Source: Candidatus Moraniibacteriota bacterium (GTDB lineage Bacteria > Patescibacteriota > Minisyncoccia > Moranbacterales > UBA1568). Taken from it: a stretch of DNA of 64,000 bases. Positions within the stretch are counted from its first letter, which is position 1. Every line of letters starts with the position of its first letter. Both the position numbers and the translations under genes were made by a program. The stretch is taken from NCBI GenBank assembly GCA_052034935.1, contig JBPOIB010000001.1, positions 74,746 through 138,745 of the forward strand. The letters run 5' to 3'. The notes beneath the pieces were generated by a model, which ran no database searches, was not told where the DNA came from, and saw only the letters and a list, made by a program, of their open reading frames with translations. Below, one piece after another: positions 18,665-28,335 of the stretch.

Positions 18665-18790
18665 CGTACCCGGTACCCCTGAGTGAGGAAGACGGTCCTT
18701 GGCACAACCACTGATTTTCGTTAGGATGCAGTCACTTGTTCTGGTTGTCTCGATTATCAGGTGCGGATACGTTTCCGCTCAGCTCTCGCT

Positions 18791-19546
18791 ATGATTTTTC
18801 ACTTCACTGTTTTCCTGTTCTCAGCGCTCTTTTTCGGGATGCTCTCGTTTCTTCTCCGTGACCCAATTATCCCATCCTGGACTTGGTACGGACTGACGAC
18901 GTTTGTTTTCACGACGCTTTCGATGGCCGCTTCCCGCCAGTTGACGGGCAAATGGTATCCGGCCTTCCTTCCGAGTGTCGTCTCATTCAGTGCCCTTCTC
19001 CTCCTGTCGCTCATCGATATCGAGTTCGAGCAGAATGCTTTTGTCTGGGTCGCAACTTTGCTTTTCTACAGCTCTCTTCTCGGCATCTATCGGCTGAAGA
19101 TTATTCCTGAAGATGAAACTGCTCGGGCGCTCCTCAATACCGCTGCACTCGCCAGTCTCTTCTTCACCTATGCGGCCGCGTATGGTCTCTATCTCAATTA
19201 CACGGTTCCGATTTCGCTGCTCATGTTTGTTTTCTTTCTTGCGACCGCTATTGTTGCCTTTCAGACGCTTTTTTGGGCCGGTAGGGATGATGTCCGTTCC
19301 GTGTTCCTCTCGGCCGTTGCACTCGGCACTGTTATCGGAGAACTCATCTGGATTGTCCATTTCTGGCCGTTCGGCTATCTAACGGTCGGTGCAGTCATGC
19401 TCGTCTTCTTCTACGGTCTGTGGCGCTACGCCCTCGATCTTCTCCGTCACACAGCAACACTCCGACGCACCATCTTTGAAAGCGCGATACTCCTGATCCT
19501 CATTGCCATCCTCGTTGCAACATCGCCTTGGCGTATGCGGGCATAA
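18791..19546 (+). CDS. Polytopic membrane protein of unknown function
   Basis: About 8-9 hydrophobic segments. Lies between two HtrA-family genes. Confidence 0.8.
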   Translation: MIFHFTVFLFSALFFGMLSFLLRDPIIPSWTWYGLTTFVFTTLSMAASRQLTGKWYPAFLPSVVSFSALLLLSLIDIEFEQNAFVWVATLLFYSSLLGIYRLKIIPEDETARALLNTAALASLFFTYAAAYGLYLNYTVPISLLMFVFFLATAIVAFQTLFWAGRDDVRSVFLSAVALGTVIGELIWIVHFWPFGYLTVGAVMLVFFYGLWRYALDLLRHTATLRRTIFESAILLILIAILVATSPWRMRA

Positions 19547-19596
19547 GGAGCATTGCCGAAACGGGGAAAGTATGTTAGAAACCGTCTAGGCTTATT

Positions 19597-20772
19597 ATGG
19601 AAATTTCCGCTGTGATCAAAAAAACTATCCGTACCATCCTCTCGTTGACTATCGCAGCAGTTGTAGCCGGTGTTTCTGGCGCCTTTGCCTATACGGTGCT
19701 GTTTCCTCAGCTCACTGTTTGGCCGTGGACAGAGCGCTTTTCTTGGCCCGCTCCGATCAAAAATACGACCACGGTTATCGAGCGTACCGAACAGATACTT
19801 CTTTCCCCCGAAGAGGGCATAGAGCGGTTTATCACGGCTCCACGCACTGCGGTCGTGAGTGTAGTTGCCTTTCCAGAGGTGCAAAATGCGCGAGCTCTCT
19901 CCTCTTCCGGAGCGGCTAAAAGCGTCATTCCAGGCCTGCTCATCACGAATGACGGGCTGGTTGCCACGTATAGTGCAGAAAAACCGCCGGTTGAAAATCG
20001 CCGGTTCAGTGTGTTTTTTTCGGATGGTCAGAGCTCTGATGCGACATTCATCGGGTTTGATACGGTTAGGAACATCGCTTACTATCGAACGGCGCGTTCC
20101 GATACGCCCTCGATCGCCTTTACGAATTCGGCCGATATCAAGCCGGGCCGGCGCTTCATTGCGATTGCTAGGAATGCGAACGGAGACGGTGAAAAAGTTG
20201 CGGCCGGCGTGATTAGTGAATATGCACGCACGTTCAATCTTTCGGGGAAAACGGTTGCATCAACCGATAAATGGGAAGGCGTTTTCTTTCTTGATCGAGA
20301 GATAGACCCGGCTTTTTCTGGTGGAGCAGTAGTGGCGATGAATGGTGAATTGATTGGCCTTATCGGCATGACAGTGCTTGACGGGGAGGAGCGTGTTTTT
20401 GTGCTTCCGGCGAACGCCCTGCGGCAATCGTTCGAACGTGTGGTGGAACGGCCTGATGACGCCTCTCGACAGGATTTTGGTGCCTACTACCTACCTTTGA
20501 CGCCAGCGACGGCGCGAGTGCTTGGTCTTGTCCGTGATCGCGGCGCCTACATCTATACCCCCTCTGAAAAAAACAGTCTAGCTGTTATTTCTGGCTCGCT
20601 TGCTGAACGGATGGGCGTCCGGTACGGAGACATCATTATCTCCGTAAATGGTACCGAGATTGATCTCGATCGGCCGTTCTCGGTTGCGCTCGATAGCGTT
20701 GCGACCGGCGGTGAAGTGGTGCTTGCGGCTGATCGGGGAGGAAAGAGAATTGAACTTCGCGGAGTGCGCTAG
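19597..20772 (+). CDS. Trypsin-like/PDZ HtrA paralog, probably catalytically inactive
   Basis: GLLITNDGLVATYS (His absent), RNIAYY (Asp absent), AFSGGAVVAMNGELIG; C-terminal PDZ. Confidence 0.8.
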   Translation: MEISAVIKKTIRTILSLTIAAVVAGVSGAFAYTVLFPQLTVWPWTERFSWPAPIKNTTTVIERTEQILLSPEEGIERFITAPRTAVVSVVAFPEVQNARALSSSGAAKSVIPGLLITNDGLVATYSAEKPPVENRRFSVFFSDGQSSDATFIGFDTVRNIAYYRTARSDTPSIAFTNSADIKPGRRFIAIARNANGDGEKVAAGVISEYARTFNLSGKTVASTDKWEGVFFLDREIDPAFSGGAVVAMNGELIGLIGMTVLDGEERVFVLPANALRQSFERVVERPDDASRQDFGAYYLPLTPATARVLGLVRDRGAYIYTPSEKNSLAVISGSLAERMGVRYGDIIISVNGTEIDLDRPFSVALDSVATGGEVVLAADRGGKRIELRGVR

Positions 20773-20797
20773 TTGTAGTTATGTGGCAAAGAGTTAT

Positions 20798-20853
20798 AAA
20801 AGGCTTGAAGAGGCCTTTTTTTCTTTGACACTGGTCGAGAGAGTCCGTACAAT
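20798..20853 (+). promoter_or_regulatory. Terminator followed by the sigma70 promoter of proS
   Basis: AAAAGGCTT-GAAG-AGGCCTTTTTTT, then TTGACA (20825)-17 nt-TACAAT (20848). Confidence 0.75.
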
Positions 20854-20876
20854 GAAGGAAATTACTGCCCTGTCAT

Positions 20877-22133
20877 ATGCGACAATCATCACTTTTTACG
20901 AAGACTTTGAAGACTGCGCCGGCCGACGAAGTGAGTCGCAATGCGTCGCTGCTCATCCGCGCCGGCTATGTCCATAAGGAGATGGCAGGCGTCTATAGCT
21001 ACTTGACGCTGGGACTCCGGACGCTCGAGAAAATCATCTGTATCATCCGGGAAGAGATGAATGTGGCTGGTGGCAATGAGATTCTCATGCCGGCGCTCCA
21101 GGACAAGCAACTCTGGCAGAAAACGGACCGCTGGGACGACACCAAGGTTGATAACTGGTTCAAGACCGAGTTCAAGTCCGGTGGCGAAACTGGCCTCGGC
21201 ATCACGCATGAAGAGCCGGTGACGAATATGATGCGCGGCCATATCGCTTCGTATCGTGACTTGCCGAAGTCCGTCTACCAATTTCAAACGAAGTTTCGAA
21301 ATGAGCTCCGAGCCAAGAGCGGTATCATGCGCGGAAAAGAGTTTCTCATGAAAGATCTCTACACCTTTGATCGCAGTGATGAAGAGCATCAGAAATCGTA
21401 TGTCCGGGTGCGCGAGGCCTATTTCCGAGTCTTCGATCGGCTTGGAATCGGTGAACGAACACATGTGACGTTCGCTTCGGGTGGAATTTTCAGCCGGTTT
21501 TCCGAAGAGTTCCAGACGGTTTCTGATGCGGGCGAAGATGTCATCTATGTCCACGAACAGAAAGGCATCGCGCTCAACAAGGAAGTCATGACCGATGACG
21601 TACTCACCGAGCTTGCTGTCGAACGCAAGGATCTGGTGGAGCGAAAATCGATTGAGGTGGGGAATATTTTCCATCTTGGAACGAAGTTTTCCGAACCGCT
21701 CGGTCTGACGTATAAAGACGAGTCGGGTGAATCACATCCAGTGGTGATGGGCTGCTACGGTATCGGCCCAACTCGGCTCCTTGGTACTATCGTCGAAGTA
21801 CTGGCGGACGAAAAAGGCTTGGTCTGGCCGAAATCAATTGCGCCATTCCAAGTCCACCTGCTCTCGCTCGGGGCAGACGAAAAGGCAGCTGAGATTTATA
21901 CCCTCTTAACGAAGGCGGGGATTGAAGTTTTGTATGACGATCGGGATATGCGTGCCGGCGAGAAATTCGCCGAATCGGATTTGCTTGGGATTCCATACCG
22001 CGTTGTTGTTGGTAGGCGTTCGGTCGAGAGCGGCGAAGCAGAAGTGAAATTGCGGACCGGGGAGCGGACAGATACTATCGCGTTTGAAAAGCTTATTGAT
22101 TATTTCCATACCGCGTATGTCAAAGGCGAATAG
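20877..22133 (+). CDS. proS: Proline--tRNA ligase, short form without editing insertion
   Basis: LLIRAGY, THEE, YQFQTKFRNELR, EFLMKDLY, IEVGNIFHLGTKFS, MGCYGIG; anticodon domain LYDDR. Confidence 0.95.
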   Translation: MRQSSLFTKTLKTAPADEVSRNASLLIRAGYVHKEMAGVYSYLTLGLRTLEKIICIIREEMNVAGGNEILMPALQDKQLWQKTDRWDDTKVDNWFKTEFKSGGETGLGITHEEPVTNMMRGHIASYRDLPKSVYQFQTKFRNELRAKSGIMRGKEFLMKDLYTFDRSDEEHQKSYVRVREAYFRVFDRLGIGERTHVTFASGGIFSRFSEEFQTVSDAGEDVIYVHEQKGIALNKEVMTDDVLTELAVERKDLVERKSIEVGNIFHLGTKFSEPLGLTYKDESGESHPVVMGCYGIGPTRLLGTIVEVLADEKGLVWPKSIAPFQVHLLSLGADEKAAEIYTLLTKAGIEVLYDDRDMRAGEKFAESDLLGIPYRVVVGRRSVESGEAEVKLRTGERTDTIAFEKLIDYFHTAYVKGE

Positions 22134-22839
22134 TGTTGCAGTGAAGAAGGGTGAGCGGATTATTATCTCGCTCGGCGGCTCGCTTTTAGTTCCGGAGTCG
22201 ATTGACGACGTGTTTGTCGCGAATTTCAAGAAGTTCATCATTGCGCACATCAAGAAGGGGTATCGTTTTATTCTAGTGACGGGTGGCGGACGGACGGCGC
22301 GCAAGTATATTGAATCGGCCGCGACAGTGACGAAGATCAATGATGAGGATCGTGACTGGCTAGGCATTCACGCGACCCGCATGAATGCACATCTTGTTCG
22401 GACGATTTTCCGCGAATATGCCCATCCGCGGATTAACACGAATCCACATGATTTGGAGGATTTTTACTCAGCACCGGAGCCGATTCTGGTCGCCGCTGGC
22501 TGGCGTCCGGGGTTTTCGACGGACTTTGATGCGGTTGTACTCGGGAAATACCTCGGAGTGAAGCGTATCGTGAACCTCTCCAATATCGAGCGTGTCTATG
22601 ACAAGGATCCTCGCCATAATAGCGACGCGAAGCCGTTCGATCGGTTGACGTGGAAGGAATTCCGAAAAATCGTCGGCAAGAAATGGAATCCGGGCATGAA
22701 TGTCCCATTCGATCCGATTGCTTCAGCGATGGCTGACGAAGAAGGGATGGAGGTCGCAATCATGAACGGTGGCGACCTTGGCAATGTGACGGGGTATATT
22801 GCTGGAAAAAAATTCGTCGGTACACTTATCCGGAACTAG
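22117..22839 (+). CDS. pyrH: UMP kinase, archaeal type
   Basis: ISLGGS, VTGGGRTARKY, DWLGIHATRMNA, PGFSTD, VYDKDP, PGMNVPFDP. Confidence 0.92.
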   Translation: MSKANSVAVKKGERIIISLGGSLLVPESIDDVFVANFKKFIIAHIKKGYRFILVTGGGRTARKYIESAATVTKINDEDRDWLGIHATRMNAHLVRTIFREYAHPRINTNPHDLEDFYSAPEPILVAAGWRPGFSTDFDAVVLGKYLGVKRIVNLSNIERVYDKDPRHNSDAKPFDRLTWKEFRKIVGKKWNPGMNVPFDPIASAMADEEGMEVAIMNGGDLGNVTGYIAGKKFVGTLIRN

Positions 22840-22840
22840 T

Positions 22841-23800
22841 ATGGGTGTCGAGAAAGTCCTTACCGCCCTGCCGCATGGATTCTGCGCTGGTGTCGCGCGG
22901 GCGGTGAAGGCAGTCGAAGATACGATTGAGTTTTTCGGCGCTCCCGTCTATGTCAAACACGAAATCGTCCATAACGTTCATGTTGTAGAAACGCTTGCTA
23001 AGAAAGGCGCGATAACGGTCGAAACATTGAGCGAAGTTCCAGAGGGGGCGGTGGTAGTCTTCTCCGCCCATGGATCACCACGCGTTCACTATGATGAGGC
23101 GAAGGAACGAGGCATCCATCTCATCGACGCGACCTGTCCCCTCGTGACGAAAGTCCATCTCGAAGTAGTCCGTTTTATCAAGGAAGGGTATTCCGTCATT
23201 TATATCGGGCATAAAGGGCATATTGAGGGAGTCGGAGTGCTCGGCGAAGCACCCGGGACGTTGATTCCGATAGTTGAGTCCGTTGGTGATGTCATGGCGC
23301 TTGATTTGCCAGTGGCTGAAAAAATGGTCTATCTTACTCAGACGACTCTTTCGGTCGACGAAACAAGGGAGGTTATTGCCGCATTGAAGCAGAAGTACCC
23401 TGGTATTAGTGCTCCTCCGCTGGAGGATATCTGTTATGCGACTACCAATCGCCAAGAAGCGGTGAAAGCGCTCGCGAGGGTGACGCCGGTCGTCATTGTG
23501 GTCGGTTCGAAAGCTTCCTCGAATTCGAATCGACTGCGCGAGACAGCTGAGCAGTCGGGTGCGCGTGCTTATCTCGTTGATGATGCGTCTGAAATACAGC
23601 CAGAGTGGCTTAGAGGGGTCTCGGTAGTCGGCGTGACCGGCGGAGCGAGCGCTCCCGAAGATCGGATTCAAGGTGTCATCCAGTACTTTGTTGAACGAGG
23701 TGCCGTAGCGGAACTCTTTTCGGTCAAGGAGGAAAAGATGTTTTTTGCTGAGCCGGTAGAACTCATGCGTATCCGACGCGAGCGGTCATCTCACGTATGA
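22841..23800 (+). CDS. ispH: 4-hydroxy-3-methylbut-2-enyl diphosphate reductase
   Basis: GFCAGV, HEIVHN, FSAHG, DATCPLVTKVH, GHIE, QTTLS, DICYATTNRQ, SSNS, GASAP. Confidence 0.96.
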   Translation: MGVEKVLTALPHGFCAGVARAVKAVEDTIEFFGAPVYVKHEIVHNVHVVETLAKKGAITVETLSEVPEGAVVVFSAHGSPRVHYDEAKERGIHLIDATCPLVTKVHLEVVRFIKEGYSVIYIGHKGHIEGVGVLGEAPGTLIPIVESVGDVMALDLPVAEKMVYLTQTTLSVDETREVIAALKQKYPGISAPPLEDICYATTNRQEAVKALARVTPVVIVVGSKASSNSNRLRETAEQSGARAYLVDDASEIQPEWLRGVSVVGVTGGASAPEDRIQGVIQYFVERGAVAELFSVKEEKMFFAEPVELMRIRRERSSHV

Positions 23801-24915
23801 AACTCGCTCTCCAAGTGAGTGATCTCGACCATGCTCGCATCGACGGGACACGCGTCTATGTCCGCGAACTTTTGAAACGCTTTGGGCCTCTTTCGCCGGG
23901 AACGGAGTTTTTCCTCTATCATCAGACCAGGTTTAATCCGGCTCTTGCTCCTCCAACGACCGTGAATTATACCGAACGCGTGGTTCCGTTTCCTCTCGCC
24001 TGGATGCAGACGAGGTTTGCTTGGGAAATGTGGCGAACCCTTCCGGAAAAACTCTTTTTGCCGATTCAGGCCGCGCCGTTCATACTTCCTGCCTCGATCG
24101 ATGTCACCATAACCATCCATGATCTCGCTTTCAAGCATTTTCCGGAAACGTTTCCGAAAAAACATCTGTGGAAACTGAACTTCATGCTCGATACGGCTGT
24201 TCGTCAGGCAAATCGGCTCATCGCGGTCTCGGAATCGACGAAGCGGGATCTCCTCGAGTTTTTTCCAACGCTCGATGAGAAAAAAATTCGAGTCATCCAC
24301 CATGGTCTCGATGCCAATTTTTTCGCCCAGGAACTGTCCAAGAGCGAGCTTTCAGAAACACTCCGCCCCTGGGGTCTCCAGCCGAAATCATACGTTCTCT
24401 ATGTCGGGGCGCTCCAGCCAAGAAAGAATTTAGCTCGTTTGATGCAGGCGTTTGAACAGGTAAAAGCGACGTATCCTGAAATGAAGCTCGTGCTCGCTGG
24501 CGAACCGGCCTGGTTGGCAGATAGTATTCTCACGGTCAGAGAAAAGAGCCCGTATCGAACGGATATCGTTCTGACAGGGAGGGTTGACTCCAACAGACTT
24601 CGCGCGCTGTACCGGGGCGCCCGGGTCTTTGCTTTCCCCTCGCTTTATGAAGGCTTCGGTTTGCCGCTCCTTGAAGCGTTTGCCTCTGGCGTGCCGGTGC
24701 TGACAACTGACAATTCGAGTTTGCGCGAAGTAGCGGGTGAAGGAGCGCTTTATGCGGAAGCTACGGATAGTACCGATATAGCTGAAAAACTTGGCCGACT
24801 TTGGTCAGATGATACGCTCCGGAAGATACTTCAGGAAAAAGGAAACCAGGAGCTTCAACGTTTCTCATGGGATAAGACTGCCCGCGAGACTCTCGATTAC
24901 ATTCTGAATTCCTGA
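23797..24915 (+). CDS. Glycosyltransferase family 4
   Basis: TIHDL, AVSESTKRD, VGALQPRKNL, PSLYEGFGLPLLEA. Confidence 0.93.
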   Translation: MKLALQVSDLDHARIDGTRVYVRELLKRFGPLSPGTEFFLYHQTRFNPALAPPTTVNYTERVVPFPLAWMQTRFAWEMWRTLPEKLFLPIQAAPFILPASIDVTITIHDLAFKHFPETFPKKHLWKLNFMLDTAVRQANRLIAVSESTKRDLLEFFPTLDEKKIRVIHHGLDANFFAQELSKSELSETLRPWGLQPKSYVLYVGALQPRKNLARLMQAFEQVKATYPEMKLVLAGEPAWLADSILTVREKSPYRTDIVLTGRVDSNRLRALYRGARVFAFPSLYEGFGLPLLEAFASGVPVLTTDNSSLREVAGEGALYAEATDSTDIAEKLGRLWSDDTLRKILQEKGNQELQRFSWDKTARETLDYILNS

Positions 24916-25323
24916 TTATTTCACCTCGGAATTTCTGAGAAAAAGCCAGGCGATGATGAGATACCCTCCAGTGGAGAGCGGAATACTCCACCAGGGAAAA
25001 CGATAATGAGCGATTATTATCGTACCGACGACGAAAAGACCAGTCATCCAGATAAGACGAGTGGGTGCTGTCTTCTCTGAATCAGTCTCCGGTAAACTTC
25101 TCCGTAAGCGAGCGAGCAGCGCCGTGAGGGTGATGAGGAAGACGCTAAATTTGACGAGCGAAAGGCGTGCGGTGACGAAGGTCGGGAGGAGCACTTCAAG
25201 GGCGTAGAGTCCGGCAAAGATGATCCAGCCGAGGAGGACGGCATCGAAAAGAAGGTTGGCAAAAATAGCAAGGCTACCGTTTTTTTTCGTGCGTTCGAGG
25301 AGTCCGTCCAGTGGAGATGTCAT
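24916..25323 (-). CDS. Small membrane protein
   Basis: Four hydrophobic segments; co-oriented with the upstream minus-strand genes. Confidence 0.7.
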   Translation of the reverse strand: MTSPLDGLLERTKKNGSLAIFANLLFDAVLLGWIIFAGLYALEVLLPTFVTARLSLVKFSVFLITLTALLARLRRSLPETDSEKTAPTRLIWMTGLFVVGTIIIAHYRFPWWSIPLSTGGYLIIAWLFLRNSEVK

Positions 25324-25333
25324 AAGATAGCTG

Positions 25334-26488
25334 TTATTTCAGTCCGAATCGAGTAAGTAGCCGGTCCTTTACCTTCGCGAGGAGTATTGCTCCATTTTCG
25401 GCATCGAGGCGTGTGTCGAATGCGAGTGTAAGCGTCGAGATATCGATGGCGACATCATTTCCCGAGAGGGTTACTTCATAGTCTGATCCAACCGAACCAG
25501 CGAGGGATTTGAGGTCGATGGTGCAATCGAGGGTGCGTGGGAGGAGACCGGCCTTGGCTGAGCAGGCCGCCTCGAGAGAGGTATCGGGCGCAGTAGTGAC
25601 GATCGGATGAGTTTTTGAGAGGAGGAAATCAAGGTAGTCGCCGGAGTTTAGGGGGCGGCGAAAACCGGATTCGATGAGGAAATACTCGCCAGTGTCTTGG
25701 TTTTGGAAAAGCGTTCCGTCGGGATGCGGCGCTCCCATGAGAAAAATCCGGCCGCGCTTATAGATGCCGAGATCCTCCTCGTTTCCTGGAATGACGTCTT
25801 CAAAGCGGTAACCGAGCGCGAGAAATATTTCGGCGCTCCCGATCGGCCGCATATCACGCTCGCTTGTGATAAGAAAGATGCCGTCGGCGAACGAGACGAG
25901 ACTGCCGACACGGAAGCCGATGAATTCATTGGACACAGGGTGCTGCGCGCGCCATTCAGGACTTTCGATCCGGGCGGCGGCCATCGGGAAACGCGAAAGG
26001 AAGGCGGTTTCGCTGACGAACGGATAGAGCTGATCCCCCGAAAGCTGGTAGTAGGTGTCTTCAATACGGAAGAGTGAGGTCATGTCAGGGCGTTCGACGG
26101 GCGCGCCAAGTGGAAAGAGATAGGCTCGGTAGTTTTTTCGAATGACCACGTCGATAGAGGTAGGGGTCGCGGATCGCTTCTCAAGGTCAATGCCGACCGA
26201 AAGGACAGAGAAATCACCGAGTGGGCTCGTATTCGCGACCAGCTTTTCTGAGGGATTGATTTTTCCGTTCGTCTTGACTGAATCGTCGGTTCCGCGCGGA
26301 TCAAAGATCTGATTCTTGCTTGATTTCGGGTTCCGGAAATCGAAACCGGTCGTGATCGTCGGAAAAAGAAAGCTGTAAGCGAGCGCTCCACCAGAAAGAA
26401 ACAGAACAATAAAGAGCATAATGCGGAGCCGGACGTAGAGGGGCTGTAGTGCGTCGGGAATTGGCGTAAAGGGCGGGTGCATGATCAT
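25334..26488 (-). CDS. Membrane-anchored extracellular protein of unknown function
   Basis: N-terminal TM; repeated short units (YYQL...YPFVSETAF, IFLI...RPIGSAEIFLALGY, YFLI...RRPL). Confidence 0.75.
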   Translation of the reverse strand: MIMHPPFTPIPDALQPLYVRLRIMLFIVLFLSGGALAYSFLFPTITTGFDFRNPKSSKNQIFDPRGTDDSVKTNGKINPSEKLVANTSPLGDFSVLSVGIDLEKRSATPTSIDVVIRKNYRAYLFPLGAPVERPDMTSLFRIEDTYYQLSGDQLYPFVSETAFLSRFPMAAARIESPEWRAQHPVSNEFIGFRVGSLVSFADGIFLITSERDMRPIGSAEIFLALGYRFEDVIPGNEEDLGIYKRGRIFLMGAPHPDGTLFQNQDTGEYFLIESGFRRPLNSGDYLDFLLSKTHPIVTTAPDTSLEAACSAKAGLLPRTLDCTIDLKSLAGSVGSDYEVTLSGNDVAIDISTLTLAFDTRLDAENGAILLAKVKDRLLTRFGLK

Positions 26489-26496
26489 GGATGGTC

Positions 26497-28242
26497 TTAC
26501 TCGGTGATTCGGAAGAGAAGCGCGTCGCTCGTTACCTCAAGCTTTTCCGGCGCAGCATACGGGGCCTTTGCGCTGAGAGCGGAGAAAGAGAAAGAGATGG
26601 TCTGGATAGGGAGGAGTCGATCACCGAAAGCGCCATAATAGCGTCCGAGAGAATCTTCAGCCGCGAGGAGATAGGTGCGGTCGAACTGCGATCGATCGAG
26701 CCGGGCGTAGTCTTCGGGATTGAAGAAATAAACGGCGTTCTTTCCAGAGAGAGAGGAAAGCGGTCCCGCGATGAGCGCGAAGGGATCACCGGATGCGCCA
26801 CGGTCAATCAGAATAAGATCGCGCTCAGTGAAAAGCGCCGCCAGATACTCTGCCTGAGCGAGAAGGCCTCGCTGTTCTCTTGTCTGAATGGCCTGAAGAG
26901 CGGGATAACACTGGAAGGCGAAGAGGATGGTAAAAACAGCGGGAATGACACGGCTTCTCCAGGTATGAGCAGACTGTGCGGCAAGCCCCTCGATGAGGCA
27001 GATAGTCGCGAGGAGAAAGAGTGGAAAGAGTGTGAAGGCGTAGCGTCGGAGGAGCCAGGGATGGTCATCAGAGATATGTCCGTTGATGAGGTAGAGGAAC
27101 GTCGGTGCGGCGATGAGAACGGGTATAAGGAGAGTGAAGCGGCGTTTCATGATGCCGAAGAGGAGCGAGGCGATGCCGAGAATGAAAATAGGGAAGAGGC
27201 CGTAAGAGAAAAGAATCGGACCGAGCGCGGGATCGGAGCTGCTCCCGGCTGCCGCCGTTCCGCTCAGTTCCTGCCAGTACTTGAGCGCCGCTTTGCCGAT
27301 CATGGTGTAGAAGGGCAGGTTCATGAAAAGGTCACGGAGAAAGAGGAGGATGAAGAAAAGCAGTGTCGGGATCACCCAGTGTTTGGGGAGCGCGAAGAGA
27401 TGGGAACGCAGATGAGGTCGCCAGATGAGCAGGAAGAAGGTGATAGCGGCAATGACGAATCCTTCAATCCGTGTCAGGGCGAAGAGAAAGGCTGTAAGAA
27501 TGACGAGCGGGAGAAAGCGAGTATCATTATCACGATCGAGTTTTGTCAGGGCGCCGGCGAGGACGAGATAGAGAAGCAGGGCGAGGTTTTCGGTGAGGGC
27601 GAGCTCGGTAAGCCAGATCGTAATGAATGATGTCGCAAAGAGTCCGGTCCCGTAGAACGCGGAGCGGCGGGACACGAAGAGACAAAGAAGCTCAAAAAAC
27701 GACCAGCCGGAAAGAACGAAGAGAAAAGCGTTTCCGACGAGGAGCCCGTGGATGCCGAACCAGCTGACGAAGAGTGCGAGGTAGCTGGTGTAGCCGAGCG
27801 GAAACTGTGTGATGAGCGCGCCTGATTCCGTATAGGAAAACCCAGGGAAATTGAGCGCTCGTCCGGGTCCGTAGATGTCGAAAAAAACATCCGATGCCGC
27901 GCTTCGGAAAGCGAGCTCATGATTCTCTGCGAGTTCTACGGCAGCGAGACCGATCGAGCCCTGGTCACGGCCGGTGAAGATGCTCGGTTCGGCTCGGAAT
28001 GCGATGATGAATGCAAGGAATGCGAGGCTCGCGAGTAAAAGAAGGCGGCCGTGGTCTTTGGACCGGAAAAGTGCAGTGATGGCTATGCTAGTGGCTCCGA
28101 AAAAGAGGATGAGCGCGAGCGATGCGAAGAGCGGGGAAAACCAACCGAAGAGAGCAAGCGTGAGAGCAAGCATGAGAGCAAGCACAAAACCGGAGAGTGC
28201 GGTCAGCCATGGCGTCCGCAAGAAGGCGGGGAGGAAGTTCAT
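26497..28242 (-). CDS. Polytopic GT-C-like (ArnT/PMT-type) membrane glycosyltransferase
   Basis: Many TM segments; GRDQGS, QFPLGY, LTENL, TRIEG, WLLRRY. Confidence 0.7.
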   Translation of the reverse strand: MNFLPAFLRTPWLTALSGFVLALMLALTLALFGWFSPLFASLALILFFGATSIAITALFRSKDHGRLLLLASLAFLAFIIAFRAEPSIFTGRDQGSIGLAAVELAENHELAFRSAASDVFFDIYGPGRALNFPGFSYTESGALITQFPLGYTSYLALFVSWFGIHGLLVGNAFLFVLSGWSFFELLCLFVSRRSAFYGTGLFATSFITIWLTELALTENLALLLYLVLAGALTKLDRDNDTRFLPLVILTAFLFALTRIEGFVIAAITFFLLIWRPHLRSHLFALPKHWVIPTLLFFILLFLRDLFMNLPFYTMIGKAALKYWQELSGTAAAGSSSDPALGPILFSYGLFPIFILGIASLLFGIMKRRFTLLIPVLIAAPTFLYLINGHISDDHPWLLRRYAFTLFPLFLLATICLIEGLAAQSAHTWRSRVIPAVFTILFAFQCYPALQAIQTREQRGLLAQAEYLAALFTERDLILIDRGASGDPFALIAGPLSSLSGKNAVYFFNPEDYARLDRSQFDRTYLLAAEDSLGRYYGAFGDRLLPIQTISFSFSALSAKAPYAAPEKLEVTSDALLFRITE

Positions 28243-28335
28243 AGTGGCTCTATTATACGCAAAATCAGGTCCGGCTTCAATTTACCAAAGACTCTCAAAG
28301 GCGGTACAATGAAAGAAATACAAAAAGACTGCTCC

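Noticed and set aside
26491-27630. 379-aa plus-strand Glu/Arg-rich ORF
   Set aside because: Antisense shadow of the Leu/Phe-rich membrane gene on the minus strand; no independent start signals.
28051-28308. Upstream extension of the Clp-like ORF
   Set aside because: It overlaps the divergent membrane gene and promoter region; a start at 28336 or 28309 is more plausible.
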